Source of the DNA: the human T2T-CHM13v2.0 reference genome, Homo sapiens
Assembly: GCF_009914755.1 (NCBI RefSeq)
Contig: NC_060925.1
Reading direction: 5' to 3' (one strand)
Length of the DNA stretch: 64,000 nt
The notes below the pieces were generated by a model that worked only from the letters and a program-made list of their open reading frames with translations, had not been told where the DNA came from and ran no database searches. Position numbers and translations under genes: made by a program. Shown piece by piece: positions 62,368 through 64,000 of this stretch; within the stretch, counting starts at the first letter, position 1, and each line of letters begins with the position of its first letter.

Positions 62368-62673
62368 CTGGTGCGTGTTGTTGGCCAGCTTGGCGACGAA
62401 GTCCCGGACCCGGCCGCACTCCTCGTCCTCGCCCGGCGCGCTGCGACGCCAACGGCCGCCGCGGGGAAACGCGCCCCCGGCTGCGGCCGCCCGCAGCCCC
62501 CAGCTCACCCCGATGGGGCCAGACCAGCGCGGCAGCGGCGCAGCGGGCGGCGGCGGCGCGTCCAGCCGGTCCTGGCTGAGGGTCGACGGCGGCAGCAGCT
62601 GCAGGAGGAGGAGGAGGCCGAGGCCATGGGGCCAGCGCGAGAGGCCGTCCGCAGCTCCCCAGGGCCGCTCCAT
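62368..62673 (-). CDS. SORT1: SORT1 exon 1 CDS (aa 1-102): signal peptide, propeptide, furin site RWRR
   Basis: GCGGCGATGG strong Kozak; [10 protein letters not shown]...LLLLLQLL...RWRR(62443-62454)SAPGED...NNTHQ; donor CAG|GTGAGC; 306 nt. Confidence 0.99.
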
Positions 62674-62699
62674 CGCCGCCGAATGCCGCCGACGCCGAC

Positions 62700-62990
62700 A
62701 CCTGCCGCCCGGCGCGCCCGCCCACCCCCGCCGGCGCGCGCCACACCCCCGAGCCGAGCGCGGCGCTCCTTGGATACGCGCGGCCGGGCCTCTCCGCCCC
62801 ATAGGCTGGCCGCCTGTCCCTCTTCCCCGGCCCACTCCTCATTGGCTCGCGTCGCCTCCGGCTTCGGGGGTCCTGGATTCGGATGCTAAGATGCGGGACT
62901 GATTGGCTGGAACGGGGCAGAGACTGCTGAGGTCAACCCCGCCTCGCCCGGCGTCTCCCGGGCCCGGCTTGTGGAGTTCACGTAGGAGCT
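62700..62990 (-). promoter_or_regulatory. SORT1: SORT1 proximal promoter: two CCAAT boxes, GC boxes, no proximal TATA
   Basis: Plus-strand ATTGG at 62841-62845 and 62902-62906 (CCAAT on the gene strand); CCGCCC boxes near 62705 and 62794. Confidence 0.75.
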
Positions 62991-63814
62991 TCTCATACCT
63001 TCCCGCCGAGCCCCGGGCTCCTGGCGTCGCGACCCCTTGCCGCACCTCTAGCGCCCTCAAGTTGGGGCTGGGTTACGTCCCTCCTGTTCCCCAGAGACAC
63101 TCCTAAAATTCCTTCGGTGAGGCAGAGCCTGGAAAAACCTACCCAGGAAATCCCTGAGCTTGCTCAGCTGGAAAAGGGGGCTCCATCATGAACCGGGGCT
63201 TCGGGTTTTTATAAACCCCGCTCACTGGAGCGCCCATTGTCTGCTAAGCAGCTGCCTTGCTGCAAGAAGGTGAATGCGAACTGATGTGGGCTACATCCTA
63301 CGGAGACAGACATCAGGACATCCGTGACTCCTGCAAGCCTGAAGAATAGTCTTTCCATACGTTTGGCCTCTCTCACCTTCCTCTTCTGAGGGGAGGTAGG
63401 CCAAAGGCGGAATTACTTACAGGTTTTCCAGGACTTCGAATGTAGCTTAGGCATTAGGGGCAGGTAAAAGAGGGGCAAGAGAATGATCCAATGCCTACTG
63501 TACACATGATCATTTCCTAGATGCACATTTATTTTACCAAAGTGCCTTAACTCTGCAGTGAGAGCTTCGGACAAGTTTGGTTCCAGTATGTGATGTCCTC
63601 TAAATTAGCACCCCGATCCACCTCTAATGAATAAAATAAAACCCCTACGCTGTTCCCTTTACCGCAGAAGCTGCACACACAACTTCTACAACACGTAGCA
63701 CAGGTAAAACCAGTTCTGAATCCTTAAGCTTACTGACTCCATCCCTTCAGAAAGCTAGAAATTGTTCAGTAGAAAAGGTAGCAAATAGAAAGATACAAAA
63801 TATGCAAGTCATTA

Positions 63815-64000
63815 CACTCAAAGCAAGTAAAGATTACTTTTAATTATAAACTGGCCATAAACCCAAATGAGGATATAGTCATTGTAGAGCAAAATGATAC
63901 AATGCACCCAACCCGATATTTACATTAAAATATTTCCAGTCACATTAACTTTCAAACAAAAAGACTTAACGAATTTACAAATTTTTCCAAGACGTGAGAA
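63815..64000 (-). terminator. PSMA5: Probable distal 3' UTR end and poly(A) signal of the upstream neighbour gene
   Basis: Minus-strand ATTAAA at 63839-63844 followed by a U-rich tract; gene identity from recalled 1p13.3 order only, no coding sequence in window. Confidence 0.5.

Larger units (their letters stand above)
62180..63050. promoter_or_regulatory. SORT1: CpG island over SORT1 promoter, exon 1 and start of intron 1
   Basis: Very GC- and CpG-dense block compared with the CpG-poor remainder of the window. Confidence 0.95.

Noticed and set aside
62674-62835. In-frame N-terminal extension of SORT1 from an upstream GTG
   Set aside because: Extends past the likely TSS into the promoter; the ATG at 62673 has a strong Kozak context and starts the known signal peptide
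62123-63106. Overlapping 170-253 aa ORFs on both strands of the CpG island
   Set aside because: Stop-poor GC-rich shadows of exon 1 with no recognisable domain

Overview
Primate (human or near-identical) genomic DNA containing the 5' part of SORT1 (sortilin, VPS10P-domain receptor) on the minus strand. It includes the CpG-island promoter (~62.2-63.05 kb) and coding exons 1-11. All ten complete introns between them are GT-AG and the exons join in frame: 306+60+74+103+165+74+50+131+145+156+107 = 1371 nt, codons 1-457, covering the signal peptide, the furin-cleaved propeptide and most of the Asp-box beta-propeller. The gene continues off the left edge. The introns, including the ~28-kb intron 1, are filled with about 50 Alu elements or fragments, L1/L2/MIR relics, DNA-transposon relics (MER20, MER30, MER82, Tigger3a-like, a hAT MITE), two MaLR LTR elements and microsatellites. 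The far right probably contains the distal 3' end of the upstream same-strand neighbour (PSMA5, from recalled gene order). Nearly all other ORFs in the track are Alu/L1 or GC-shadow artefacts. I see no convincing new multi-gene system. The best second-look candidates are RNA-processing features: an in-frame 30-nt microexon in intron 5, a NAGNAG acceptor at exon 8, an intron-1 alternative promoter/first exon, and tight PSMA5-SORT1 tandem coupling. Several rearrangement scars are also visible. Repeat boundaries and subfamilies were assigned by eye and are approximate.
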